This document shows positions 18,918 to 27,280 of a stretch of 64,000 nucleotides of DNA, piece after piece (within the stretch, counting starts at the first letter, position 1; each line of letters starts with the position of its first letter). The DNA lies in assembly GCA_021789975.1 (NCBI GenBank), contig JAJYIT010000018.1, positions 6,290-70,289 of the forward strand, written 5' to 3'. A program made the position numbers and the translations under genes. This DNA is from Bacteroidota bacterium (lineage in GTDB: Bacteria > Bacteroidota > Ignavibacteria > Kryptoniales > JAKASW01). The notes below the pieces were generated by a model, which had not been told where the DNA came from, did no database searches, and saw only the letters and a list, made by a program, of their open reading frames with translations.

Positions 18918-19310
18918 ATGATCCATGAAGATATCACGGATAAAATAATCAAGGCATTCTACAAAGTTTACAACGACCTTGGTTGCGGATTCCTCGAAAA
19001 GGTTTACGGAAATGCCATGAATATAGAGATGACGGACATGGGCATGCGAGTGGAAAAGGAAAAAAGCATTCAGGTCTTTTACAAAGGGATTATCGTCGGC
19101 GATTACTTTGCAGACTTGCTCGTCGACGATTTAGTCATAACGGAACTCAAAGTTGCGGAGAGACTTCGGGAAGAACATGAAGCCCAACTCCTGAACTATT
19201 TGCGGTCTACGGATATAGAGGTTGGACTGCTCCTTAATTTTGGAAAGAAAGCTGAGTTCAAGAGAAAGATCTTCACAAACGACAGGAAGAAAAGACAGAA
19301 TATCCCGTGA
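18918..19310 (+). CDS. GxxExxY protein (PD-(D/E)XK-fold family)
   Basis: IIKAFYKVYNDLGCGFLEKVYGNAM ... DLLVDDLVITELKV ... QLLNYLRSTDIEVGLLLNFG is diagnostic of the GxxExxY family. Confidence 0.85.
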   Translation: MIHEDITDKIIKAFYKVYNDLGCGFLEKVYGNAMNIEMTDMGMRVEKEKSIQVFYKGIIVGDYFADLLVDDLVITELKVAERLREEHEAQLLNYLRSTDIEVGLLLNFGKKAEFKRKIFTNDRKKRQNIP

Positions 19311-19362
19311 AAATCCGTTCAGTCCGTAAAATCTGTGTTCTACCGTTTAGCAAAGGAAAGCC

Positions 19363-19662
19363 ATGAAGATAACATTCCTCGTTTGCAACGATGTCGAGTC
19401 GCCGCGAGTGATGAAGCTGCTGCAAGAGGCAGACATCGACTACTACACTCGCTGGGAACATGTCAAGGGAAAAGGCCATGGCACAGATCCGCACCTTGAC
19501 ACACGCAGCTTCCCCGGCACAAACGCCGTCTTTATGATCGCCTTCGAAAAAGAAGAATCACTTGACAGGCTTGTTCAGGAAATCAACGAGGCAAACAAGG
19601 CGATCCTTAGAGCGGACGATCACATCAGGCTGTTCCAGGTTCCGCTGGAAAGGATCGTGTAG
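19363..19662 (+). CDS. P-II-like small protein of the PG0541 transporter-associated type
   Basis: 99-aa ORF in the terminal position of an RND operon. Its alpha/beta pattern resembles the PG0541-like family, recalled from memory. Tentative. Confidence 0.55.
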   Translation: MKITFLVCNDVESPRVMKLLQEADIDYYTRWEHVKGKGHGTDPHLDTRSFPGTNAVFMIAFEKEESLDRLVQEINEANKAILRADDHIRLFQVPLERIV

Positions 19663-20019
19663 CTCCTCACCCCACACATCTGTTCAGGGTACATTACCAT
19701 TGTGGCCAACGCATCGTCAACAGACTGATTGGAAAGTGCGTATTGCTACCGTTTACCTTTACGATATGCCCCACACATCTCCTAACTTCTTCCGTCAATC
19801 AGGCAGCTTCCGCTTTCGGGATCGCCCGACCTTTTGCCCGCGACTCTTTATCCTTCGATTTCCATACCCATCAATATGATTGAAAGTCGCAACCCATCTT
19901 GCTTCACTCACGGCTATTACATAAATTTTCAAAGGTTCTTTCATATAACTGAAGTTTCGGTTTCGGAGCCGAATGGATACAACCGAAGGAGTTAATTCGC
20001 TGGAAGTTTGAATCTCATG

Positions 20020-20212
20020 ACGGCACCGATCAAAAGGGAATCCCATCCCGACTCATAGCACCGTGTCGGAAACAAAAATGGGAGCTGCCCCGCAACTGTA
20101 TTCGGCTTTTTTTGTTAGCCTGGGTCACTGCCGCGATTGAAATCTCAAGAATCGCGACGGGAAGGCACGGGCGAATTTGGCCGGGAGCCAGGAGACCTGC
20201 CGGGACTATGTA
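20020..20212 (+). promoter_or_regulatory. cobalamin (B12) riboswitch
   Basis: Conserved core elements in canonical order: GGGAA (20036..20040), GCTGCCCCGCAACTGTA (20084..20100), GTCACTG (20124..20130), GGGAAGGC (20159..20166), and the B12 box AGCCAGGAGACCTGCC (20186..20201). The outer boundaries are approximate. Confidence 0.8.
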
Positions 20213-20281
20213 GAATCCAACACCTCCGAGGGAGAGGCCAAGTTCGGTTTCATGTTTCAGCGAAACCTGATAATCTTTTTG

Positions 20282-20313
20282 AGCCCGCTTCCCCCAGCGG
20301 GCTATTTTGTTTT
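20282..20313 (+). terminator. intrinsic terminator (riboswitch expression platform)
   Basis: AGCCCGCT-tccccc-AGCGGGCT followed by ATTTTGTTTT. It ends 2 nt before the receptor ATG. Confidence 0.7.
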
Positions 20314-20315
20314 AG

Positions 20316-22232
20316 ATGGAGGACCCTTTGTACTTATTACTTTTACTTCTCATCGGCACCCCGAAGCTTGACACCTCAAGAGTGTACCAGCAGCCGGCGG
20401 TGGTTGTAACCGCCACCCGCATACCTTTAGCACGTGCGGACGCGCCTTCCAGGGTCAGCAGCCTCGACGTTAGTGATCTTCGCGCCGACGGATTCAGAAG
20501 TGTCGGAAGTATGCTGTCCACAGTCGGCGGACTATTCGTAAAAGATTACGGACCGGCGCAACTTCAATCAATCAGCTTGCGAGGCACTTCGGCCGAGCAA
20601 ACGCTGTTCATACTCGACGGCGTTTCACTCAACAACATCCAAAACGGTGAGGTCGACTTGTTTCTCGTGCCTGCCAACGATATTTCATCCATCGAGGTCT
20701 CCCAGGGTAACGCATCTGCTCTTTACGGTGCGAACGCCGTCGGAGGCGTGGTGAGCTTTAGAACCGGGATTCCACGAGATAATCTGGTCCGAGTTGATCT
20801 AGGAATGGGATCGTACGGAAGTCAGTCGTACGGCGGCGAAATTAGCGAGGGCATGGGAGACGTTAGGATCGATCTGAACCTGCAGCGAAGGCGTGCCATA
20901 AACAATTACGGCTTTTCATTTCAAGACAGCAGCGGCAACACGCCGATGCAAAGAGTTGGCGCTGACTACCTGATGGACAATCAGTCTTTGAAAATCTCCT
21001 TGCCCTCCCGGGCCGGCAGCTCTTCTCTCTTGATCCAGAATGTGGACGCAAACCGCGGGACCCCTGGAATGGTTACAGATCCCTCATTCCTGGGAACTGC
21101 TCGCGAGATCGACAACAGCACCATAGCTATCTTGAAGAACGCCGGCACTGCCGGTGTCTTCGAATACTCCGCTTCTGCGGGAGCAATCTACTCTTACTTG
21201 AGATATATTGAGCCATCCTACGGATTGGATGATTACTACAAAACACTTTCCTTCCAGCCCGCGGTCCAGTTATCGTACAGCGGATCACCGGTTTCCGCTG
21301 TTGCCGGTATCGATGGGGAAATAGATCGTGGAGAAAGTGATCAAATGACCGGTGTGAAAAGCAGAAACAGGGTTGGAGGTTTCATAAGCACCATGTTCCA
21401 TGATAGAAGTGGGATGGATCTGGAAACTCGGGCATTTGTCGCACTCAGGTTCGACGCTTACTCCGAATTTGGAAACTCGATCAATCCAAAAATTGGTTTG
21501 AACGTAAAACCGTTTAGCAAGCTTCCGCTCCATCTGCGAGCAAGTTTCGGCACGGCATTTCGCGTCCCGACGTTCAACGACCTCTATTACGCCGGTGCCG
21601 GAAACACAAGTCTGAAACCGGAGAAGTCCGTCGAGTGTGACTTCGGTGGCGTTTTCGATCTTCCAACCGGGTTAATCCCGACAGCGGCAGCGCTGGATTT
21701 TTCATACTACCATATCAACATCCGGGACGGCATTATCTGGCGTCCGGTAAACACATACTTATGGCTTCCGGAAAACTACGACAAGATTCTGTCAACGGGG
21801 GTGGAAGTCGGCCTACGTTTGAACGTCAACCCGCTCTTTTCATTGAGAGGAAGTTACACTTTCGGAAAATCACTTGATGTTTCGGATGCGGCCGATCCTA
21901 CGACCTACAACAAACAACAGATCTACATACCCGAAGGGCAGAGCTCTCTCGTGGCAACCGTATCGCCGTGGATCCTGAATTTCACAGCGGTTGTAACTTA
22001 CGCAGGCACGCGTTATTACACGACGGACAATAGCTTGTCGTTGCCGCCTTACACGCTCGCCAGCCTCTCGGCAGGTGCAAGGGTCACGATGGGATCGATC
22101 GAAGTGATGCCTGTTTTGAGTGTCAATGACTTGTTCAACAAGAAATACGAGATAATCGATCAGTATCCAATGCCTTCGAGAACCTACCAGCTTGATGTAA
22201 GTTTTCAATTCAACCAGGATGAACCAAAGTGA
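20316..22232 (+). CDS. btuB: TonB-dependent outer-membrane receptor, BtuB-like
   Basis: Plug domain (VVVTATRIP ... LRGTSAEQTLFILDGVSLNN ... IEVSQGNASALYGANAVGGVVSF), a beta-barrel, and a C-terminal aromatic end. It lies directly downstream of the B12 riboswitch. The N-terminal signal is atypical. Confidence 0.8.
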   Translation: MEDPLYLLLLLLIGTPKLDTSRVYQQPAVVVTATRIPLARADAPSRVSSLDVSDLRADGFRSVGSMLSTVGGLFVKDYGPAQLQSISLRGTSAEQTLFILDGVSLNNIQNGEVDLFLVPANDISSIEVSQGNASALYGANAVGGVVSFRTGIPRDNLVRVDLGMGSYGSQSYGGEISEGMGDVRIDLNLQRRRAINNYGFSFQDSSGNTPMQRVGADYLMDNQSLKISLPSRAGSSSLLIQNVDANRGTPGMVTDPSFLGTAREIDNSTIAILKNAGTAGVFEYSASAGAIYSYLRYIEPSYGLDDYYKTLSFQPAVQLSYSGSPVSAVAGIDGEIDRGESDQMTGVKSRNRVGGFISTMFHDRSGMDLETRAFVALRFDAYSEFGNSINPKIGLNVKPFSKLPLHLRASFGTAFRVPTFNDLYYAGAGNTSLKPEKSVECDFGGVFDLPTGLIPTAAALDFSYYHINIRDGIIWRPVNTYLWLPENYDKILSTGVEVGLRLNVNPLFSLRGSYTFGKSLDVSDAADPTTYNKQQIYIPEGQSSLVATVSPWILNFTAVVTYAGTRYYTTDNSLSLPPYTLASLSAGARVTMGSIEVMPVLSVNDLFNKKYEIIDQYPMPSRTYQLDVSFQFNQDEPK

Positions 22233-22346
22233 GATGCTACCGCGTAGCTCGCGCGACACGTCCGAAACGAGCAAGCATACTTGATTTCACGTCGGTGCAT
22301 CATTAAGTTAAACCAGTATTGGGAAGAAAAAACAACAGAGGCAACA

Positions 22347-22862
22347 ATGAATATACTATTCGCGGTCATTCTTATCCTCTTCGCAGCATTTTCGAGGTTG
22401 ATCCCACACGCCCCGAATTTTACACCGGTAATTTCTATCGCCCTCTTTGCAGGTGCATATTTAAAGAAGCGTTACGCGTTCGCAGTACCGGTCGCCGCGC
22501 TTTTTTTGAGCGACCTCGTGATAGGAATGTACGGTCTCACTTCAATGACATTCGTTTACGGAAGCGTTATCTTAATAACTGCACTCGGTCTTGCGCTTTC
22601 CAACAAAGTCTCAGCCGGGAAGGTACTGGGTCTTTCACTTGCGGGCGCAGTAATCTTCTTCGTCATTACAAATTTCGGCGTATGGCTCCTTCCGGGCTCC
22701 ATGTATCCGAAGACTTTAGAGGGTCTTGTCCAGTGCTTTGTCCTGGCAATTCCATTTTTCGGTAACTCCTTACTCAGCACGATGATCTACAGCGCAGTAC
22801 TGTTCGGCGTATACGAAGGTGCCGCGAGATTTGTGTCCAAACCTAAAGCTGTCCACGATTGA
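22347..22862 (+). CDS. small polytopic membrane protein (DUF6580-like putative transporter component)
   Basis: MNILFAVILILFAAFSRLIPHAPNFTPVISIALFAGAYL is the pattern I recall for the DUF6580 putative transport family. About 6 TM. Start taken at the internal ATG. Confidence 0.6.
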   Translation: MNILFAVILILFAAFSRLIPHAPNFTPVISIALFAGAYLKKRYAFAVPVAALFLSDLVIGMYGLTSMTFVYGSVILITALGLALSNKVSAGKVLGLSLAGAVIFFVITNFGVWLLPGSMYPKTLEGLVQCFVLAIPFFGNSLLSTMIYSAVLFGVYEGAARFVSKPKAVHD

Positions 22863-22871
22863 ATCTTTTCT

Positions 22872-22899
22872 TAGGAGGGCAGTCCAACGCGCCCTCCTA
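22872..22899 (+). terminator. hairpin terminator after the B12-regulated pair
   Basis: Perfect 9-bp stem TAGGAGGGC / GCCCTCCTA with a 10-nt loop, followed by a weak T-tract (AATGTTTC). Confidence 0.5.
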
Positions 22900-23064
22900 A
22901 ATGTTTCTGAAGCGAGAACACAAACCATGTTGTTCACTCACACCACCAGTGCTACAGCAGGATCGCTACCGCGGGTATTACTCCACACATTTTAACTTGC
23001 TGCCGTCAAGGCTCACCATCCCTTTCAGAGAGTATTGAGATTTGATTTTGATTTGATCATCGAC

Positions 23065-23265
23065 ATGAAGAACATATCGTGGCGGAGAAACGGCACTTCA
23101 ATTCTCAACGACATTAGTTGCGAAGTCGAAAATGGCCGACACCGGGCATTCATCAGACTGAACGGCTCCGGGAAGGCTTCGTTCTTGATATCGATCACCG
23201 GATACTCGCTCCCGGCGCCCGGGGTGTGCCACGAACTCGAAGGACGACTGAGCAGCGATGCATAG
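23065..23265 (+). pseudogene. relic of an ABC-transporter ATPase N-terminus
   Basis: MKNISWRRNGTSILNDISCEVENGRHRAFIRLNGSGKASFL resembles the ABC N-terminus plus a degenerate Walker A (expected GPNGSGKSTLL). The reading frame ends after about 66 codons and overlaps the proB start. Confidence 0.4.
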
Positions 23266-24397
23266 AATCAACGACTTTGTTCCCCGGATTAACACGGTTG
23301 TGGTGAAAATCGGCACGAACCTCCTAGCTGACAAAGTCCACGGCATAAATGCCGAGAGGATCGATTCGCTCGCAAGGAGTATTCAAACCGCGATTGCGAG
23401 GTCCGCTAATATCGCCCTCGTTAGCTCCGGCGCAATTGGAGCAGGCGTGGCAGCGATGAAACTATCAACCCGGCCCCGAACGATCCCCGATAAGCAGGCG
23501 ACTGCCGCCATTGGGCAACCTCTGCTCATGGAAGCATACGTACATTCGTTCCGCAAGCTCAGAATCCCAATTGCCCAGATACTCCTCACCAAAGACGACT
23601 TCTCCAAACGCGACAGGTATGTCAACGCGAGGAATACATTCGCTTCTCTGTTCGAGAAAGGCGTCATTCCGATCATTAATGAAAACGACACAGTAGCAAT
23701 CGAAGAGATCAGACTCGGAGACAACGACAACCTCTCTGCAATGGTGGCGACGCTCATTGGTGCAGACTTGCTCGTGATACTGAGCGACGTGGACGGTTTG
23801 TACACCGACGATCCCTCCCGCAACCCGAGCGCCGAATTGATCGGCGTGGTGGAACAGGTGAATTCGCGCCTTGAACGGTTCGCAAGGAGCAACGGAAGTG
23901 AGCTCAGCACGGGCGGCATGAAAACAAAAATACAGGCAGCAAGACGATGCGCGGGTGCGGGAATTACGACGGTCATAACGAACGGTCGCAGCCCGACTTC
24001 TATCAGCGATGTTTTGTCTGGAGAATTCCGCGGCACCATCTTCCTGCCTGCTGTTAAGAAGCTCTCGAAGAGAAAGGAATGGATCGGTCTCGTTTCCCAC
24101 ACGGCCGGAAAAATCGTGATCGACGACGGAGCGAAAGCCGCCATCGCCAAACGAAACAAGAGTCTTCTACCTTCAGGTGTACTGAGAGTCGGCGGAAGCT
24201 TCGAGGCACGCGAAGTCATTTCAATAATTGACATTGAAGGTAACGAGATCGGCAAGGGAATTGCCGGTTTTTCCTCTTCTGAGTTGGCAAAAATAAAAGG
24301 GAAAAAGAGTACCGAAATTGAGACCATCCTCAGAAGACACACTCGATCGGAGGTGGTACATCGTGACGACCTCGTATTGATAAGCCAGATCCGGTAG
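23258..24397 (+). CDS. proB: glutamate 5-kinase (with C-terminal PUA domain)
   Basis: VVKIGTNLL, LVSSGAIGAG, IPIINENDTV, GDNDNLSA, GTGGMKTKIQAA, and a PUA-like C-terminus. Confidence 0.95.
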   Translation: MHRINDFVPRINTVVVKIGTNLLADKVHGINAERIDSLARSIQTAIARSANIALVSSGAIGAGVAAMKLSTRPRTIPDKQATAAIGQPLLMEAYVHSFRKLRIPIAQILLTKDDFSKRDRYVNARNTFASLFEKGVIPIINENDTVAIEEIRLGDNDNLSAMVATLIGADLLVILSDVDGLYTDDPSRNPSAELIGVVEQVNSRLERFARSNGSELSTGGMKTKIQAARRCAGAGITTVITNGRSPTSISDVLSGEFRGTIFLPAVKKLSKRKEWIGLVSHTAGKIVIDDGAKAAIAKRNKSLLPSGVLRVGGSFEAREVISIIDIEGNEIGKGIAGFSSSELAKIKGKKSTEIETILRRHTRSEVVHRDDLVLISQIR

Positions 24398-24465
24398 TGA
24401 GAATATTGAAAGCGGAATAATGAAATGACTGGTTACCGGACAAGTGAATTGATGGATTAGCCAAA

Positions 24466-25713
24466 ATGATAGACGTAGAGAAAAGAGCCATCCGTGTAAG
24501 GAATGCGAGCCGGGTGCTATGCAATGCGACGACGACAAAGAAGAACGCTCTCTTGAAAATGATCGCCCGGCAGCTCAAATCAGAGAGTCACCAAATAACG
24601 AAAGCGAACGCTGCAGATCTATCTGCTGCAAGAAGATCGGGACTCTCAGAAATTCTTCTTGACAGGCTGACGCTGAGCGAAAAGCGAATCACCCAAATGA
24701 TTGCCGGCGTCGAAGATGTAATCGGCCTGCCGGATCCCGTTGGCGAAGTGCTGGAGCGTAGGAAGAGACCCAGCGGTCTGTTGATAGAGAAAATACGAGT
24801 GCCTATCGGCGCCGTTGGAATCATTTATGAAGCGAGGCCGAATGTGACGATAGACGCCACCGCGCTTTGCCTGAAAGCGGGAAATACCACTTTGCTACGC
24901 GGCGGATCGGAGGCAATCCGCACCAATTCAAGACTTGTCGGAATAGTCAAGGAAGCATTGAGCAAAGTAGGGCTGCCGACCTCGGCCGTGGAATTTCTTA
25001 ACACACCGAACCGCAAGGCAGTCGCTGAAATGCTGAGGCAGGACCGCTACCTCGATGTAATTATACCTCGCGGCAGTCACAAGCTTATTGACTACATCCG
25101 GCAGAAATCCAGTGTCCCCGTCATAGCTCACGGTGAGGGCAACTGTCATGTGTTCGTAGACAGCTCCGCAAACCTGAAGGAAGCAGAGGAAATCGTATTC
25201 AACGCAAAAGTGCAGAGACCGTCTGTGTGCAATGCAGCGGAGAAACTCCTCGTCCACAAAAAGATCGCAAAGACGTTTCTGCCGAAGATTGCAGAGAGAT
25301 TGAGGTCGGCAAATGTTGAGCTTCGGGGAGATAGTGGAACATTAAGTATTATAGATGATGCGATGCCTGCGACCGAGGATGATTGGTATCGAGAGTATCT
25401 AGATCTCGTTCTTGGAATCAAGATAGTGAAAAACGTCGATGAGGCAATCGAGCACATCAACCACTACGGTTCCCACCATTCTGACTCGATCGTAACCGGG
25501 AACCGACGGAATGGCGAGAAGTTTTTGCAGGAAATAGATTCTGCCGCCGTATACATAAACGCCTCGACGCGTTTCACGGATGGTTTCGAGTTCGGACTTG
25601 GCGCCGAAATCGGAATCAGTACCCAGAAATTACATGCGCGTGGACCGATGGGACTGGCAGAATTGACGACCATCAAGTACAAGGTACACGGTACGGGGCA
25701 AATTCGAAAGTAG
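24466..25713 (+). CDS. proA: glutamate-5-semialdehyde dehydrogenase
   Basis: GVIYEARPNVTIDA, LRGGSEA, VCNAAEKLLVH, HGSHHSD, NASTRFTDGFEFGLGAEIGIST. Confidence 0.95.
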   Translation: MIDVEKRAIRVRNASRVLCNATTTKKNALLKMIARQLKSESHQITKANAADLSAARRSGLSEILLDRLTLSEKRITQMIAGVEDVIGLPDPVGEVLERRKRPSGLLIEKIRVPIGAVGIIYEARPNVTIDATALCLKAGNTTLLRGGSEAIRTNSRLVGIVKEALSKVGLPTSAVEFLNTPNRKAVAEMLRQDRYLDVIIPRGSHKLIDYIRQKSSVPVIAHGEGNCHVFVDSSANLKEAEEIVFNAKVQRPSVCNAAEKLLVHKKIAKTFLPKIAERLRSANVELRGDSGTLSIIDDAMPATEDDWYREYLDLVLGIKIVKNVDEAIEHINHYGSHHSDSIVTGNRRNGEKFLQEIDSAAVYINASTRFTDGFEFGLGAEIGISTQKLHARGPMGLAELTTIKYKVHGTGQIRK

Positions 25714-25731
25714 TGAATGGAGGATTGACAA

Positions 25732-26190
25732 ATGTCAGGCGGAATTGAAAAAGGGCGACTTGAGGATCAAGCAGCAGAAAAATTCTCGAAAGGTTTCCTT
25801 TGTTCACAAGCAGTATTCTCCACACTTGCACCACTGTACGGAATCGATGAAAAGGTCGCGCTGAAAATTGCAACGGGATTCGGCGGGGGTATGGCCCGAA
25901 TGCAGGAGGTCTGCGGTGCCGTTACCGGAGCTTTCATGGTCATAGGTGCAGTGCACGGGAATGTCGATGCATCGGAAAAACCTTCTGTGGGCCGAACTTA
26001 CCGGGAAGTCAGGAAGTTTGCGGAACGCTTCCGCGAGCAACATGGAACAATCATTTGCAGGGAACTCCTGGGAGGCGTAGACCTGAACACGGAAGAAGGT
26101 CATAAAGAGTTTTTGGAAAAGTAAATGCCTGAGACAATTTGCTCTCAATGTGTTCATGACGCGGTGAAGCTTCTGGAAGAAACCGAATAA
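25732..26190 (+). pseudogene. C_GCAxxG_C_C-family protein interrupted by an in-frame TAA
   Basis: LCSQAVF, VCGAVTGAFMVIG and ICRELLG are present. TAA at 26122..26124 is followed in the same frame by MPETICSQCVHDAVKLLEETE*, which carries the family's last conserved Cys and C-terminal helix. Confidence 0.6.
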
Positions 26191-26206
26191 GGAAATCGAT
26201 TTAAAC

Positions 26207-26980
26207 ATGCCGACATGGAATCCTGATCAGTATCTAAAATTCATGGGTGAACGAACACAGCCATCTATTGACCTTGCGGCACGAATTGAAATTGATGATC
26301 CACAATCCGTCATTGACATAGGCTGCGGGCCGGGTAACAGCACTCGAATCCTTCGTCGAAAGTGGAAAGGGACTCAGTTGTTCGGTCTGGACTCATCGCC
26401 CGAAATGATACGAAAGGCAAAAGATGATATGCCGGACATTGAGTGGATGGTGGGAGATGCGATGACCTTTGGGTTTGTGCGTAAGTACGACATTGTTTTC
26501 TCAAATGCCGCACTACAATGGATGAAGAACCATACGAGCCTCGTTCCCCGACTTTTCGGGATTGTAAATGCCGGAGGTGCACTCGCCGTCCAAGTCCCCG
26601 CAAACCAGGACTCTCCTATCCAGCGAGCTATTGTCGAGGTGGCGCGAAAAGTGAGGTGGTCGAGCTCTTTGGCAGGGTGTGAAGACTTAATGACACGCCA
26701 TCCGGTCGAGTTCTATTACGATACCTTGAGCAACATCTCGTCCCGGTTTGAGACGTGGGAAACCATTTATTATCACATCATCCCATCTCATTCTGACCTG
26801 ATTGAATGGTATAAAGGAACCGGCATGAGACCTTACCTCGAGAGACTCCCTGACGGGCAAAGAAGAAATGAATTCGAGAAAGACATCCTCGAGTACTGCA
26901 GGGATGCATATGAGATCAGAAACGACGGAAAAATCCTCTTTCCGTTCAGAAGAATCTTCTTCCTCGCATACAAGGATTAG
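26207..26980 (+). CDS. tam: trans-aconitate 2-methyltransferase
   Basis: WNPDQYLKF..ER, IDIGCGPGNST, FSNAALQW, and LFPFRRIFFLA align along the full length with E. coli Tam as I recall it. Confidence 0.85.
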   Translation: MPTWNPDQYLKFMGERTQPSIDLAARIEIDDPQSVIDIGCGPGNSTRILRRKWKGTQLFGLDSSPEMIRKAKDDMPDIEWMVGDAMTFGFVRKYDIVFSNAALQWMKNHTSLVPRLFGIVNAGGALAVQVPANQDSPIQRAIVEVARKVRWSSSLAGCEDLMTRHPVEFYYDTLSNISSRFETWETIYYHIIPSHSDLIEWYKGTGMRPYLERLPDGQRRNEFEKDILEYCRDAYEIRNDGKILFPFRRIFFLAYKD

Positions 26981-27280
26981 GCTGGAATTCCGGTATTTTC
27001 CATCTCGATCGGCGCGTATTACCACGGGCAAGTCGATTCGAGTCAGTGCTTACCTTTCCGTCGAGACCAGGCTTTTCAAGCTAAAATTGGCCCGTTTTCG
27101 CACATAAGAGGGGTGAGCCTTCTCAGCGGTATATTTTTTACTTGCTTGATATTTACTGTATGCTTTGATATTTTTTCGAGCCAATAATCCGCCAGAAGAT
27201 AAAGGAGTGTGATCTATACAGATTGCTAAGGTGTTAGCCAAAAAAGCTGTCGACTGAGTATCGCGTAAGCAATCTGCATA

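Noticed and set aside
19795-20046. 83-aa minus-strand ORF whose segment KIYVIAVSEARW vaguely recalls a RelE/ParE toxin C-terminus.
   Set aside because: The resemblance is limited to a few residues. The ORF overlaps the 5' part of the cobalamin riboswitch on the opposite strand, and there is no partner antitoxin.
23383-24342. 319-aa ORF antisense to proB. Similar long antisense or alternative-frame ORFs occur at 46651..47397 in ilvD, 17581..18324 in the RND gene, 5251..5799, 12571..13164 and 35240..35791.
   Set aside because: Each lies entirely inside a gene with strong family motifs on the other strand or frame. The translations are low-complexity (S/R/P/A-rich) with no recognisable motifs. 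This is typical of shadow ORFs.
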